From positions 12,775,934-12,839,933 of the forward strand of contig OZ316899.1 of the NCBI GenBank assembly GCA_973895155.1: a DNA stretch of 64,000 bases, in the 5' to 3' direction. The notes under the pieces were generated by a model. The model made no database searches and was not told the origin of the DNA. It worked only from the letters and a program-made list of their open reading frames with translations. The DNA comes from Marsupella aquatica (taxonomy: Eukaryota; Plantae; Marchantiophyta). Every line of letters starts with the position of its first letter. The first letter of the stretch is position 1. Of the stretch, positions 33,101 through 45,221 are shown one piece after another. Made by a program: the position numbers and the translations under genes.

Positions 33101-33555
33101 GACTAAGGATAAGCGAGAGAGCTGGGGTTGAAGCTGGCGCGTGGACTGAAGAACTGGTGCACTGCAAAGGATCGGCCCCCTTTTATACCGTGAGAGCTCG
33201 TCGATCGCCCGACGCCTCCTCGTCGCTTATAGGCCGAGCCTTTCACGCTCGCAGTGTACCAGCCACTTTGTCGGTCCGGGTCAGCTTGTGTCAGTGGCTG
33301 CCTCCCGGAGTTCGTTATACGGACCTGAGGGAGGGGGAAAGGGGGCCCATTACACGCTCGCAACCTGGGCATACGAATGGCGACCCGCTACCAGTCCGAA
33401 CATGAATTCCCCTTATTGACTAATGATTTCCTACTCATAATGGCTACCTAAATACTGTCGTTATGCTAATAATAATAGCCTAAGATACCCCTAATGCGTA
33501 TGCTAAGCGCGGTTAGATCGAATCACTCATTACCCGCCGTATCGGTGATGTCACA
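30129..33555 (-). repeat. 5' LTR of B2 with degenerate LTR-encoded ORF (31020-33021)
   Basis: TG...CA ends; homologous to the B1 LTRs; ~520-bp deletion at ~32520. Confidence 0.9.
33180..33187 (-). promoter_or_regulatory. Candidate TATA box (TATAAAAG) upstream of the family-B LTR ORF
   Basis: Canonical TATA ~370 nt into the LTR, followed by a pyrimidine-rich leader and then the ORF. Confidence 0.5.
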
Positions 33556-34529
33556 ACGCCAACCGGCTCAAGAGGTAGCAGAATGGCCGCTCCAAATCCA
33601 ACTCGGGCAGGTCTGGCAAGCGTGCCAGACATTAGTGGCAAAGTAGGTTTAGGATAGAGTTAGAATTAGGGAAGTCAGACAATAAGGACAAGCGCCAAAA
33701 CTAGTTGGCGGCGCTATCCTATCCGACCGACCTTTGTAGTTTAGAATCTTAGAATAAGACACGTCATTTTACGGCCTGACAGTTAGCAAAGTTTAGAATC
33801 TTGGATACCATAGATTTGGGCACGTGGCCGCTCTGGGTCCCGGCTCTTAGTATTTAGTGAACCCCCCAAGGCGGGGGGAATTTTAGTTTCAGAACCGGGT
33901 ATCCGTAGGATGTGCGAGGAGTCCCGACCTTTGTGAGTGAAAGAGCATCAAGGAGGGAGGGTACAACTAAGCTCGTTGGGCGAGTGTGAAGCCGGGCTCC
34001 GTTGAGTGTACGCCTTTTTGTTGTTGGGCTTGTTCACTCAAGAGATGTTGAGTCAACCATGTATATGTGTATGACGGATTCTGAAGTAAAGTCTTTTCCC
34101 ACTATTTCCTTCGTGTAAACCAAGATTGAATGATTGTGAATTCAGTTGCATGTATCAATCTCGTATACGGGTAGAGAATGCTTGGCCAAACGCATTATCC
34201 AAGTTGGGCACAGGGTGTCAGCCCCGGAATGTGGTTGCGAGCCCGGGTTGGACACCCGTATCATCGGATCCGGATTAGAGGCAGACAGCACAAAGGCTTA
34301 GAAGTCCTTAAGCCAGGGTCAATCCAGTTATCAACTTAAGGTACATTCTGGCGGTGGAACACAAACTATATCCATGATATTTATGTAAGTAGGACTAGGC
34401 GCACTTAGCGCTAGATTACGGGAGTAAGGTTCAGTTTGCACATCCCTCCTTGCCCGAACCCTCAAAACTAATGAAGATTATGTCTGTCCAAGCCAAAATT
34501 CGTGTAAGGACGAAGCTTTTGGCATGACA
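33556..34529 (+). repeat. Distal LTR portion of a diverged B-related family (C), the target of B2
   Basis: Encodes ..RSGKRARH-stop like B, aligns with 17060-18022, ends ATGACA. Confidence 0.8.
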
Positions 34530-34635
34530 ACTAGGTTGCTTGCTCAAGGTATTCCGTGGAGGAGTTCGAGCACCAGGGGCACTTAGGCGTGAGTGCTGGG
34601 ATTGGTGAGGGCGCTGGGTGGCAAGGTCCACCACT

Positions 34636-35133
34636 GCTATGGATTATGCGACCAAGTGGGTAGAGGCCAGGCCAACGACAAAGGATGATGCCGTCACCAC
34701 GGCTTGTTTTATGTATGAGCAAATTCTTACCAAGTATGGAGCACCCCTAGAATTAGTAAGTGATAGAGGAACTCATTTCTTGAATGATATAGTCAGTCGT
34801 TTAAATGAGCATTACCTAGTACATCATCAGCCTACCACTCCTTACCACCCAAAGGCAAATGGGCTGACAGAACGAGCAAATGGCATCATAGGTAAGATCC
34901 TAAACAAGACAGTGGCCCAAAACAAAATTGATTGGGATGACAAATTGTTTGCTGATGGTTTTGCTTACAATTTAGCCTACAAGTCAACCATCAGCCATAC
35001 ACCCTTCTTCTTAACCTTCGGACAGGAAGCCCTAATACCCATACAACTTGAGATTCCTACATTTCAAGTTACAATTAAGGAGAGATCTTCAGAGGAAGAA
35101 AGCCTAAGAGAGCGAGAATACAAATTAGAGGCG
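34636..35133 (+). pseudogene. Integrase core fragment of an older family-A-like element
   Basis: DYATKWVEARPTTKDDA...SDRGTHF...NGLTERANG, near-identical to A pol. Confidence 0.9.
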
Positions 35134-36698
35134 TTTTTTCCAATAAAACCCGCAAAAACCCACAGAAAGGGGGGCCAAAGCCAGACAAGGCTATTGAATC
35201 AAGCCAAAAGAGACCAAAAAGAACTGCCAAGAACCCAAGCTCCATGTCAAAGCAGTAAAAGCTCAGACCCATATAGAGAGTAGTCACCGGGATCAGTAGA
35301 CCACTCCGCAAATGGGTATCAAGACCAAACCTCATTCTATTGACCTAAACTAAGTATTCATCTATAAAGCCAAGCATTTGTACGCGTTATCCAGCTCAGT
35401 TCTTCCTTACCAACTAATTCTTTGAGCCTGAAAAGTCTAGTATGTTTCCTGCTAGGGCCTGAAGCCTCACATAGACCATGAAGAGAATCCAGGAAATCAG
35501 ACAAGACCAGGTTCATGTTGAAGATACAAGTCTGCCTAGAATTAAAAACCTGTTTGTTTCTAGCTAGCCATAAAGCCAACAAAGTGTGGAAAATCATAAA
35601 AAAAATTGAGGGATTTAGTAACTCCATGGTTTCCTCGTAGTTCCAATGTGGCAAAGAGATCAACTTGTTGCCAATTGAGAGTGCCCAAATTTGTTTGACC
35701 AACCAAGGTCCAGCAGCGTTGAGCAAAAGAGCAAGAAAAAAAGAGATGCAGGATTGTCTCCAAAACATTGGAGCAAAGCAAGCAGCGGCCTTCTCCTTTT
35801 CCAATCCTCACAGCTCTAACCCCGGTAAAAAGACCTTGTGCTACAATTCTCCAGAGAAAAGTGCATGCTTTGAGAGGAAGATCGGCTGACCAGAGAGAGA
35901 TCCAAATCTTGTTCTAGTTTAGTTCAGAGCGAGAGCGGCCCCAAATCCTATTGAGCCTGATAAAGTCAGAGCCTTTAGGTCTCAATAACTGGTACATACT
36001 TGCATTGGGCAAATAATTTTTTTCCAGCCGCTCCTCCTTGTCCAACCAGCACCATTGTGTGGCTCAAGACCTGAAAGGGCCCCTAGCATCTGAAGTGCCC
36101 TGAATTTTCCGATGAAAAGCAGGCACAACTCCTGAATCCTCCACTCGAAACCTCTGATATGAGACAGCTTGCCTGTGTAGTAGTATAAGACCGAGTCATG
36201 TTCTCCCTGAAGGTCTGCAATTTTCCTGATACCTATTCTTCCAAAGAGCTTAATCATCAAGCAAAGAGTAGGATCATCCAACTGCTGAAAATTCTCAAAA
36301 CATTCGAGCACTTCTTCAATGCTCCACCAACTTGCAACACTAGATGACACCAGGGAGAAAATAAGATGAGAACGTAATGATTCCCAGGCCTTCCACAATC
36401 CCCCAGTGTAATGAAGGTGGCCAAAAGAAAGAGGGTAGCTGAGCAATAGAAGATCAGAAAGAGAGTAATTGTTCTGCCTAATGTGTTTTGGATTCCTCCA
36501 TTTTGCCATGCTGAGATTTGTTTCAAATAGGGAAGTCCATTCAGATGTCTTCAGATCTAAAGCTCTGATAAACCATTGGCATAGTAGAGCATCAAATGAC
36601 TTCTAAAGTCTTTGAAGCCAAGATCGCCATCAATTTTGGGTCTAGCATTGTTTTCCATGCAACCAAAGGAATCTTCCTACCACCACCAGCATTGTAGT

Positions 36699-39600
36699 TG
36701 TGATGCCTAGCCAGGAACCATTAGGCCAGTTTAAATAGTAAAATCAGGAGTGTACCCTAGGAAACACCTTAGTATAGTAACAAAAACAGGGAAAATATAA
36801 ACAATTAAGGGTGACTATGGAACCCGAGCCGAGGCCGAAAGTAAGGACGCCGAGGGAGGGAACACGATTAGGGTTAGGGCGCACTAAGTACCGGCGGCTA
36901 TGGGTAACCAACGGGAAGGAAGAGCAGCCAGAGGGGGGGTAAGGACCGATCGCAAGGAATGGCGGCTCATTTGCAAGCACGAGCCAAGCGGACGACTACG
37001 GGAGGCCAACTACTGTTCGCTGCTCAAGCAAGCACTCGGGGTGGAAGCAGATCAACTCAAGAAGGGTATGAGCAACGTCAATCAAGCTGCTCATTTTTGG
37101 GGATGCCTGTTAGAACGGGCAACTGAGTACATTGGGACCCTAAACAAGAATTCAGCCGTAATGAGTTCTCCTCCTAAGAAGGCAGACTTCTGTAGCTCCC
37201 ACAGCCGAGCGAGCTCTTGCCGTTCTCGAGCCGCTCTCTCTGATTCTTCGTCCTTGAGAACATAATAGTTGGCATCCGGGAGGCCATCAACCGCTGCAAC
37301 GACATACACTAGGAGTTGAAGGGTAGCACGGAGGGGTGGATGAAGGCAACCGTGCTAGGAGAAACATCCACGGCAGCCACTATGAAGAGGAAAGGGAACA
37401 ACAATGAAGAAGCCACCCCTGCAAAAAGAACGAGGTCGGCGGCACCCAAGAAACTAGCAAAGCAGGGAAGCAGGAGGCAGGCGGAAGCCGAAGAGGAGGA
37501 GGTCAACCCCGTCAATGCCGTTCCAACAAGAGATGACACTTGGAAAGGCTGGGCGGCGACCCTCCCCGAGGAGGTGCAATTACACTTTGCACGAGAAGAG
37601 GATGCATGCTTTACGGCTATGCAGACTTGGAAATACCAGGGCTTCATGGCCGGATCCAGCTTGGAAGCCTTCGTAAAGTTACCATGGCTGAAGCCGGAGG
37701 TGCCGGATTCAGACTTACTAGAATTCGTGGGATCATGGGAGCCCGAGACCAATTCCACAAGGGTGCATGGGAAGGATTTCTATCTCACTCCCCGGGTGAT
37801 TGCCAAAGTGTTTGGCTTGCCGATGGGCAATAAGACCAAAGTAGATACCAGGAAGACCTTGCCAGACAAGGAGTTCCGGTCGTTTCTACGGCCATCAACA
37901 AAGAATGGCTTCTTCCGAAACACCTGCACAAACCTGCACATAGGAGAAATGATCGATTTCTTGCGGGTGACCATGCATTGCAACTTGCCAAGGGCAGAGA
38001 TCGGCAAGGCACAGGTCTATCTGGCGGAGAGGCCAGACCCAAGCTGGGACTACAACGGGTACCTCCTCACCCAACTAAAGAAGATCTTGAAGGAGGAACA
38101 GCTGGTGATCGGCATGGGAAGCGTGTCCTGGCTTGGCTATCATATGCCGCTGTTGTGCCGGTATGCCCAAAGTCAGATATTCGCCCCGGTACTTCCCCTG
38201 CAGGTAAGAGCACTAGAGGAGGTTCCGGAACCGAGGCCGGCAACAGAGAAACCGACCCAGCCCGACAGTCCTACAATCGAGCAGGTGTTTAGGCCAAGGA
38301 AGGAGGACTTGCCAATGCAGCAACCAGGCATGCAGAATCTGCTGAAATTGCTGGAGAAGGAAAGGAGAACGGCAACGGCAACGGGACCGGTACAAAATAC
38401 TGCTCCCAAAGTTGGCCTTAGCCAACTTACCAGGGAAAACCCCTTTACCGGGGTCAAGGAGAGAAGGAGGCCGGAACACGAGTCAGGAGTCCAAATGTAT
38501 GTAGGAGCTTCAAGTCCCAAAGCCGAGGAAAAGCAGCCTGAAGCTCCTAGTCGCAACAGGGAGAAGAAGAGATCAACGTGGAATCCGGAGGAACCAGGAC
38601 CCGTGATCTGTGAGGCCATGTTCACGGCAAGACCAGGATAGCAGCGGGGGGAGCCGGTAGTCCAAGCCGAGGAGGAGGCGGTAGAAGGCTACGACAATGA
38701 TGACTCCGGCTACGGGTCAGACCATCATGTTCTAGGAATAAGGACCTATGGCAGGTTCATCCCCACGCTTCCAAGAGTAGTTTGAGGGGACCCGACCCAA
38801 CAGAGCAGCCCCGAGTCTCCCCCACCAGATGTCGCTCCCCCAAGCTTTGACGGCATAAAACAGATGGCACAGGAATTTCAGGAACAACTCAGGGAGGAAG
38901 AAGAGGCAGCCCTGGCTAGGGAGAAAGATTTACTAGGAGGAGAATGGCCAGAGGACATCAGGCGGCTTGCAGAAAAACAAAGCAGCCCTCCAGCCATGAT
39001 AGAAGAAATCCGCAAGGCGGCTTGGGAACAAAGGCCGCGGTGGATGATGCCGATGACTTCTACTCACTCCGCCTATGCTAAAGAACGAGCCATGGAGTAT
39101 GGGGGAGATGTGTGGGGAACTTGCGCTCAGCATCTTTGGGGAGGAGTTGGAGCAGGGACCCTTTTTCAGAGGGAAATGTTGGAGAAGCGCCAATTAGAAG
39201 AAGCGGTGGCTTTGGAGAGAAGCAAGAAGGACGAGGTCATCCGTCGGCTTAGGGCAAGGGAAGCCAAGGTAGAAGACCTGAAGGCAACCAAGAAAGCCCA
39301 AGATGAACTGCGGATTAAGCGGCATGAGCTCAACATCATGCAGGGGCAATTGGATACTGCGCAGTCTGATAATCAGATTATCAAGGATAAACTAACTCGG
39401 ACCCAAGGAGAGTTGGCCGATGCGATCAAGGAGAGGGAGAAGTGGAAGCGAGAGCTGAGGGACGCAGAGAAGGCCCACATAGCAGCCAACAACCGGGCCA
39501 TGGCGGAAACCCAAAGAAGGGAGAGGGCATTGAAGGGGGAGCTCGAGGATATCCGCGAGGCCCTTGAGCAGAAGGAAACCGAGTTAGGAAAATCCTATCA

Positions 39601-41370
39601 GGCGATCATTGTGCTACGACAGGAGCTCGCATCCATGACGGCCAGTTTCAAGGCGGACCTCTGTGAGAAAGACGACCAGCTCGACCAGACTTATGCCAAG
39701 ATGAATAAAATGGAGTTTGAGGTCGTAACGGAGCTCGACAAGGAGCTACGAGCAACCCAGGAAGAGAGGGCTACCTTAAAAAAGAAGCTTGAGGAATCCC
39801 AGAGAGAGTTGGAGGAAGCCCAGAAGGAGCGGGAGGAGGCGCGCAAGGACCTGGATGAATTGCAGGAGGAGTTGGAGGAAAGCACGCGGAAGATGGAGAA
39901 CTTACAACGGTGAGCCGACAACCAAACGGAGCGGCTGAAGAAATAGGCCGCAGTATTTAAGTGCTTAGCTTCCTCAAGTCCAACTCCAATAGGGGCAACC
40001 AAGTTGCCAGGAGTAGTACTGGCCAAAGGACAAGCCGAGACACTCGCACCGGTGTCGGAGGTAAGTGGCAAGGGGAAGGGGCCAGCTGCCAAACCAAGGA
40101 AGAAGAAGAAGCAGAAACCTTCTGGGTCAGGGAGTAATACGGCTCCTCAAGCCATCATGACCAAGGAGGTAAACCCAACACCAACCTCAGGTAGGGTCAC
40201 GGCAGAGGATCCAACTGCCCTAGAAGGCGGGGATGGCAAAACCGAGGCCAGGATACTTGGTGATGAAGCCAGGATACCGGATCCACCACTGGAGCATGTC
40301 GGGGAGGCCGTAGCCGTATCAGAGGCCGTGGCCGATGCTGAGGCTGAAGCCGAGGGTGGACCCAGTCAGGCCAATGGAGAGTTGACTCGGTCCGGAGCAG
40401 GTAATCTGTCAGAGGACGGACCTACGGTAGTGGCTACGGAGGAAGTGTTGGGGGCGTCCATTGAGGACCAGACACCGTTGCCATGACGGTGGTGGAGGGC
40501 CGCTCCTTTTAAGGAGGGCGGACGTGGAGGGAGGAGGCGTGAGTGAGCAAGGCGGGCTCAGATCTCCAAGTTAAGAATTAGGATCAGGACCAAGAGGCAG
40601 CCCTGACACTTAGCTTAGTGGGATTGTGGATCCACTGGTAAGAGCAACACTTGTGCTCCTGCCTCGCTGTACATAGGTAGATTAGGCTTACGCTGCAAGG
40701 GATTAGGCAGATCCACTGCCAGGATAAATAACTAGGCAGCGGGGAGTTCAGGGCCTTCTTCCTTAGCAAGTTTTTAGTGCACCAACAGGGCTGGGATCAA
40801 GTAGTTAAAGAAGCTCTCGGTTAGTTATATTGTGACCCTTGTGTATAGTCATGTTTCCTCATACCTAAGAGATGAATAGAGTTGGCCTCACGGCTTAGTT
40901 CGCAGATCTTGTATATGAGAGGTATTGTTTGTATGGCAAGTGCATGGTATAACTTAGTCAGAAGGAGTCATTTTGCTATTTGTGTGTCGCATTAACCTAT
41001 TTGAAGATTGCCCACATCAACCAAGAAGGGAGTAAGCAAGGTAGTAAGAGTTGGATGTGTCGAGAGGTCTTAGCGGCTTACCCAAGCCAGTTGGGGATCA
41101 TTCCGGCGGCGGAATCCAAACATACCTAAAGGAAAACCAAGAGAGGAGGACAAAGGAAGGCCTAGAATAGGCCGGCTATGTATCTCATGACCCGATGAAG
41201 GATCTGTCCAGTATATGTGAGTAAAATGTTAATAGTAATAGTAGTAGAAGGAAGTTAGCAGCGTCCCATGCCGCTAAGCCGCAAAACCGGCCTCGCCAAG
41301 AGCGAAACCTGCGGGAATCGGCTTGTGCAGAGGGATTTCTTGGGTTTAGGGAGCCATGGGACGCACCACA
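36699..41370 (+). mobile_element. Solo LTR of family A (4672 bp) carrying the degenerate accessory gene
   Basis: TGTGATGCC...CACCACA ends as in the A LTR; TSD GTAGT/GTAGC; the LINE frame rejoins across it; no PBS or PPT adjacent. Confidence 0.93.
37068..40486 (+). pseudogene. Accessory gene in the solo LTR (stops, frameshifts, small inversion)
   Basis: Fragments 37316-38641, 38864-39913 and 40004-40486 are closely similar to the A ORF. Confidence 0.88.
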
Positions 41371-42771
41371 GTAGCCCCATAGGAAGTCACAACATAGGAC
41401 AACCATCAATTTGGCTAGTGAGGTGGGGCTGCGTAAGAACATCATGTGATAGATAGGGATTGCTTGCAACACATGTTTAATAAGATTGTGCGTCCTGTAA
41501 ATGATAGAAATTGGGTAGCCCAACTAGAGAGTCTAGCGCTGAGCTTATCAAGACAAAATTTGTGGAGCCGAGAGGTGGTTAAGCCCCATCCAAGAGGTGC
41601 TCCAAGATATCTCTAAATTTCACCAAGAAGGCTAATTCTACATCTAGTGTTTGTAAGCCATTCAGGAACATTTTCAGTTGTTAGGGGAATCACAGTCAAC
41701 TTGTGAAGGTTGAGCTTGGCACCAAAGGTAAGTTTGTAGCAGGCTAAAGCCTCCATTGCTCCCTTGAAATCCTCTTCAATTGCCGGTATAACCATTCCCA
41801 AGTCGTCTGCAAATAATCCATAAGAGATCAAGAGAGATTCCAAGATTTGAATGCCTCTGAAGCTGACCTAAAGAATCTCATGATCCAAATAGTCCATCAA
41901 AGGTTGGGTGGCAATAACAAAGAGAAGAGGGGAAAGAGGGCATCCCCAAAAAACTCCTCTAAGCATCCGGATGTTGTGAGAGAACATACCACGTCAACTT
42001 TGGGATAAGCTCCAGTAAGCAGGGATCTAACCAAGCTCATAAAGTGGCTACTCAAACCGAGTAAGTGCATAGCTTCCCAGATATAGGAATGACATACTCT
42101 ATCAAATGCTTTTTCAAAATCTAGAAGAAGAAAAAGTGCACTAATCTTTTTGGAGAAGACCCAGTCGACCGTCATCGAAGCAATCAAGATGTTTTCTAAA
42201 ATATGTTTGCCTGGAATAAAGCCGGTTTGTTGTGGGTTGACGAGCTTATTGAGGAGCAGTTTAAGTCTTAAGGCCAGAATCTTAGCTACAATTTTATATA
42301 CCGTGTTGAGCATTGTTAACGGGCGCCAATCTTTCAGTCTATGCTTGTCAGGTTTCTTGGGAATCAGCTTAATCACACCTTCCTTCAGGTTAGCTGAGAG
42401 CGTGCATGTTCTCCAAAAGTCAAGAATCATGTCATACAGATCATTCTTCAGAAAATGCCAGCAAGATCTGTATATCTCAACAGTAATGCCATCGGGACCA
42501 GGGGCTTTGTCAGCTGGAAGTAGCTAAAGAGTGCAGCAGATTTCCTCCAATGTCGGCGGTGATTCCAGTTTCAAGATTTCTTCCGCCGTAAGGGTCTTAC
42601 TAGTATGTGCAAAAAGTTTGCGTCGAGCATTACGGACCTCCCTTGATTCACTGTTACATAAATCCTCAGGAGCTTCATACAAAAGAGCACACTGCTTCTC
42701 TACTTCTTGTAAGATCAACACATCTAAGTGAGTGATAGTGTTTCCATTATCTAACAGAATAGAAGGCATTG

Positions 42772-43611
42772 TTTCTCTAGACGCCTACTGCCAATAAGCT
42801 CAACGATCTTCTATTTTGAAAGAATAGAATTTTTGGCATCCGGGAGGCCATCAACCACTGCAATGACAAACATTGGGACTTGAAGGGTTTCACGGAGGTG
42901 TGGACAAAAGCAACAGTGTTGGGAGAGTTGTCAGGAGCGACCAAAATGAAGCGGAAGATGACCTACAATGAAGAAACCACCCCGGCCAAAAGAACAAGGT
43001 TGGCGGTATCTAGAAAGTTGGTTGACCAAGGGAGACATAGGCAAGAGGAAGCCAAGGAACAAGAGGTTGACCCAATCAATGCCATCCCTACCAGAGATGA
43101 TACATGGAAGGGCTGGGCGACGGTCATACCATAGGCAGTGCACTTACATTTTTCACGGGAGGAGGATGCATGTTTTACAACCATGCAGTCCAAAAAGTAC
43201 CAAGGCTTCATGGCCGGACTAGGCTTGGAGGCCTTTGTTAGATTACCATGGCTGAAGCCGGAGGTGCCGGAATCAGACTTACTGGAATTTGCGGGATCAT
43301 GGGATCCCCGAGTCAAATGCAACCAAGATCTATAGGAGGGAATTCTAGCTCACTTCCAAGGTGATTGCCGAAGTATTTGGCTTGCCGATAGGCAACAAGA
43401 CTAAGATAGACACCCAAAAGAACTTGTCAAAAAAGGAGTTTAGATTGTTCCCCAAGCCATAACCAAAGAATGGCTTCTTTTGGAACACCTGCACCAACCC
43501 GCACATTGGAGAAATGATTGATTTCTTGCGGGTGACAATGCATTGCAACCTGGCAAGGCCGGAGATTGGCAAGGCACAGGTTTACCTGGCAGAGAGGCCA
43601 GACCCAAGCCG
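42772..43611 (+). pseudogene. Older fragment of the family-A LTR ORF, cut by a CACTA insertion
   Basis: RDDTWKGWA, LEAFVRLPWLKPEVPESDLLEF, AQVYLAERPDPS. Confidence 0.88.
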
Positions 43612-45131
43612 CACTAGAAGAAACTGACCAATTTTGAGACCCTGTCGCTAGTGACTCCAATGAGACCGGTTAGAATTTATGACTCCTAGATTGTTGGAGT
43701 CACTTTAGTTACAAGTTGTGGGCTTAGTTCAGGGGTATTCCTGGGGAAGTCATTTTTATAACTATTGGGGAAGTTATAACTTTAACTAAGTTAAGCCAAC
43801 AAGAATGAACTTATATAAGTGACTCCGTGTACAATAGAGCGGAATATATGTAGTGCAGCTTTAGGGTTTAACTCCACAATCTAATGCCATTTGACCCCAC
43901 CCAACTCATACCATTTGGGATAATCCTAATTTTCTTACCTCCTCTAAACTTTCTTAACTCAGATTTGCAGCCACTAATTATTATCTTATCACTGCCTTTC
44001 CACAACAAAAAATAAACAAGATTTGCACGATAACGCATGGTTTTTCAGTTTGTCAAGACCTTATTTTAACACCTACTTTTATTCAATAAGTACGTCCATG
44101 CAATGCTTTGTCTTTATATTTTTTACAAGCAATGCATGCTTGTCAAAATCAATAAGTCCAACCTAAATGTGACACATATTCACAATATGATCAGGTCTTG
44201 AATACCTTACCCTAAAAAATTATACTTTTCATAATGGTCATGTTTACTGATATCTGACCATTTGGCCCCGTTTTTCACCAAAGGGGGTGGTTCAAAGTTT
44301 TTTCATAACCACTCACCCCACATATAACGTCAGCCTAAGTCCTTTGGTTCTCACAAAGGAAAATGGGGCTTAGGCAAATCATAGACTTTTGTGAAGTTGG
44401 GGACAAAATACAGGGAGTACTCGGGGGCAAAATACAAGGCGGAACCGGTTTAGGCCCCCCCAACAACAGTCGGCCCTTCTCGTCGCGACTTAGGGTGAGG
44501 GGAGCTTGGCTGAGCATTGCCCAACCCCAATGTGTGTTGCTCAATTTTCCTTCCCGCCAATGTTGCACTGTCGAGCTCCATTTTGTTGCGAAGAGTTTAG
44601 GGTGTAGATCACATCGCTTGCACTCTTGAGCTCCATTGCTATGAAGAGAAAGGTGATGGGCGACATCTGCTGAGCTCAATTCACGAGCTACCTATATTCA
44701 TTGCCGAATGTTGCTTCCTTCAATTGCCTGCTGCCTACTGTTACAATCGCCTGCTGCCTAGGTCCATTGCCGAATGTTGCTTCCTTCAATCGCCTGTTGC
44801 CTGCTATTACAATTGCCAAATCAATCGTGCACCCAATTGCCTGGAGCTCATTCGCCTAGAGTTAAGTGTTTAGGCCAGGTGAGTGACCATGACAAAGGAG
44901 CCAATCCCCGAGCCAATCGCGACTTTCTTTGTAAGTGCCCAACCTATTGTAGCTAGCATTGTTGCGCTGCATTGTTGCCGAACTGGAACTCCATTGCTGC
45001 GAAGAGTTTACGGTCTAGGTGACATTATTGCTGAGCTCAATTCGCGAGTTGCCTAGGTTCATTGTCAAATGCTGCTTCCTTCAATCGCCTGCTCAATCGC
45101 GCACCTAATCGCCTGGAGCTCATTTCTCCCC

Positions 45132-45221
45132 GAGCTCATTCGCCTGGAGCTCATTCGCCTGGAGCTCATTCGCTTGGAGCTCATTCGCTTGGAGCTCATT
45201 CGCCTGGAGCTCATTCGCCTG
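45132..45221. repeat. 15-bp minisatellite GAGCTCATTCGC(C/T)TG x6
   Basis: Six head-to-tail units; degenerate copies at ~44835-44860 and ~45108-45124. Confidence 0.9.

Larger units (their letters stand above)
27600..33555 (-). mobile_element. 5' part of a second family-B copy (B2), interrupted in protease by B1
   Basis: LTR 30129-33555, PBS 30098-30115, gag-PR remnant 27600-29999, reverse complement of B1 sequences. Confidence 0.92.
35134..42770 (-). mobile_element. Degenerate 5'-truncated L1-clade LINE (ORF2), interrupted by a solo LTR
   Basis: APGPDG, KLIPKK..DWRPLTMLN..YKI.AK, QTGF.PG, LDFEKAFDRV, LFADD, FLWG..PLVAW, C-terminal CLLC..ET..HLFFSC; short A-run at 35134-35139. Confidence 0.9.

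Noticed and set aside
34530-34635. PBS or internal region following LTR C
   Set aside because: No TGG-starting tRNA match; the origin of this ~100 bp could not be assigned.
45132-45221. CRISPR array or ELIRL/AHSPG repeat protein
   Set aside because: Head-to-tail units with no spacers in a eukaryotic context; the ORFs are by-products of the minisatellite.
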